Below are positions 63,201 to 64,000 of a stretch of 64,000 nucleotides of DNA, in pieces. A program made the translations under genes and the position numbers. The notes under the pieces were generated by a model, which did not search any database, was not told the origin of the DNA, and worked only from the letters and a program-made list of their open reading frames with translations. Source of the DNA: Lama guanicoe (taxonomy: Eukaryota); NCBI GenBank assembly GCA_013239625.1, contig MU057073.1, positions 1,535,426 to 1,599,425 of the forward strand. Reading direction: 5' to 3'. The stretch's first letter is position 1, and every line of letters starts with the position of its first letter.

Positions 63201-64000
63201 CTCACATAACAAGCCTTTCACCTTCATATCAACTCAAATGTAAGTGGTCTGTGGAAGAAGGAAGAATGATAAAATAGTCTGGTTTTAAGGATGAAGGAGG
63301 GAAGAAGAATCTTTGCTTGGGCTGTTACAGAAGTTAATGATCAAACGTTTCATCTGACTAACGAGAGCTAAAGGAAGCAAACCTTACAATGCCGTTTCAA
63401 AAAGTAAACTTCAGAAAAAAAGGAAAGAAAGTTTTGATGCCAGACATGGGAGTGTGACATGACCAGACAATGTGCAAGTTCAGAGGCCAGGGGACAATGA
63501 AAGATGAATTTATTTTACGGATTTCTACTCTAGAACCTCATCTACTCACTTTATCTCACTTTATCTCACCACTCTGAATTTAGTTTTATACTACTCTTCC
63601 AAAAAGAACAAAGGAAAATCCATCCTAGTTTGGGAAGTTTGTCTATATAGAATATATTTAACTACTTTACCAATCCAACTTTTTTTTCTCTCTCTCCAAA
63701 CTTAGTTCTACTCCATGCTTTCTGGACCTACTTAATCCTACTTTTCTGACTATTTCTTACTTTGTAACCCCAGGAAAGTTGTTTGCATAATCTGACTCGT
63801 TACTGACATATTACTTTGTTAGTATTTTAAATCACGCTTATCCAATATGATTGCTTCTCTACCAGATTAAAATCACTTGGAAGACTGCATTCTCCACTTC
63901 TCTGGGATTCTCAAGTGCATCTGGTAAAGTGAAGACTATGTTACCACTTGTCCCCCGGCCCCTTCAGCACACTGCTGGCCTGCAACTGAAAGCTCACCCA

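Noticed and set aside
58700-64000. Further upstream MARK3 coding exons
   Set aside because: No sequence resembling the preceding exon (RRNTYVC...QNGKENS) was found; it probably lies beyond the window.

Overview
Mammalian genomic DNA, syntenic with human 14q32.3 in reverse orientation. It contains COA8/APOPT1 exon 1 (-) and BAG5 (+) on a shared CpG-island bidirectional promoter, then TRMT61A (-, 285 aa), CKB (+, 381 aa predicted, with exon 4 hidden by an N gap) and the 3' end of MARK3 (-). MARK3 has a cluster of cassette exons of 162, 27 and 45 nt upstream of the KA1 exon. Repeats are mostly ancient (MIR, L2, L1M, MER5A, MER20, MLT1), plus one intact solo ERV1-type LTR with a 4-bp target-site duplication upstream of CKB. 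I saw no young lineage-specific SINEs. That absence and the shortened TRMT61A C-terminus suggest a cetartiodactyl, possibly a camelid (inference only). All genes belong to known families and I found no wholly new gene system. The best candidates for undescribed biology are: (1) a possible 17-nt frameshifting MARK3 microexon that would swap KA1 for a basic tail and escape NMD; (2) a strong-Kozak uORF spanning the BAG5 splice junction; (3) an unusually diverged CKB containing a compensated two-codon frameshift; (4) an orphan CpG island with a near-consensus CTCF site; (5) a CArG/MEF2 cluster and a 656-codon antisense ORF around the TRMT61A 3' end. Comparisons to human, rodent and bovine sequences are from memory, not from a database search.
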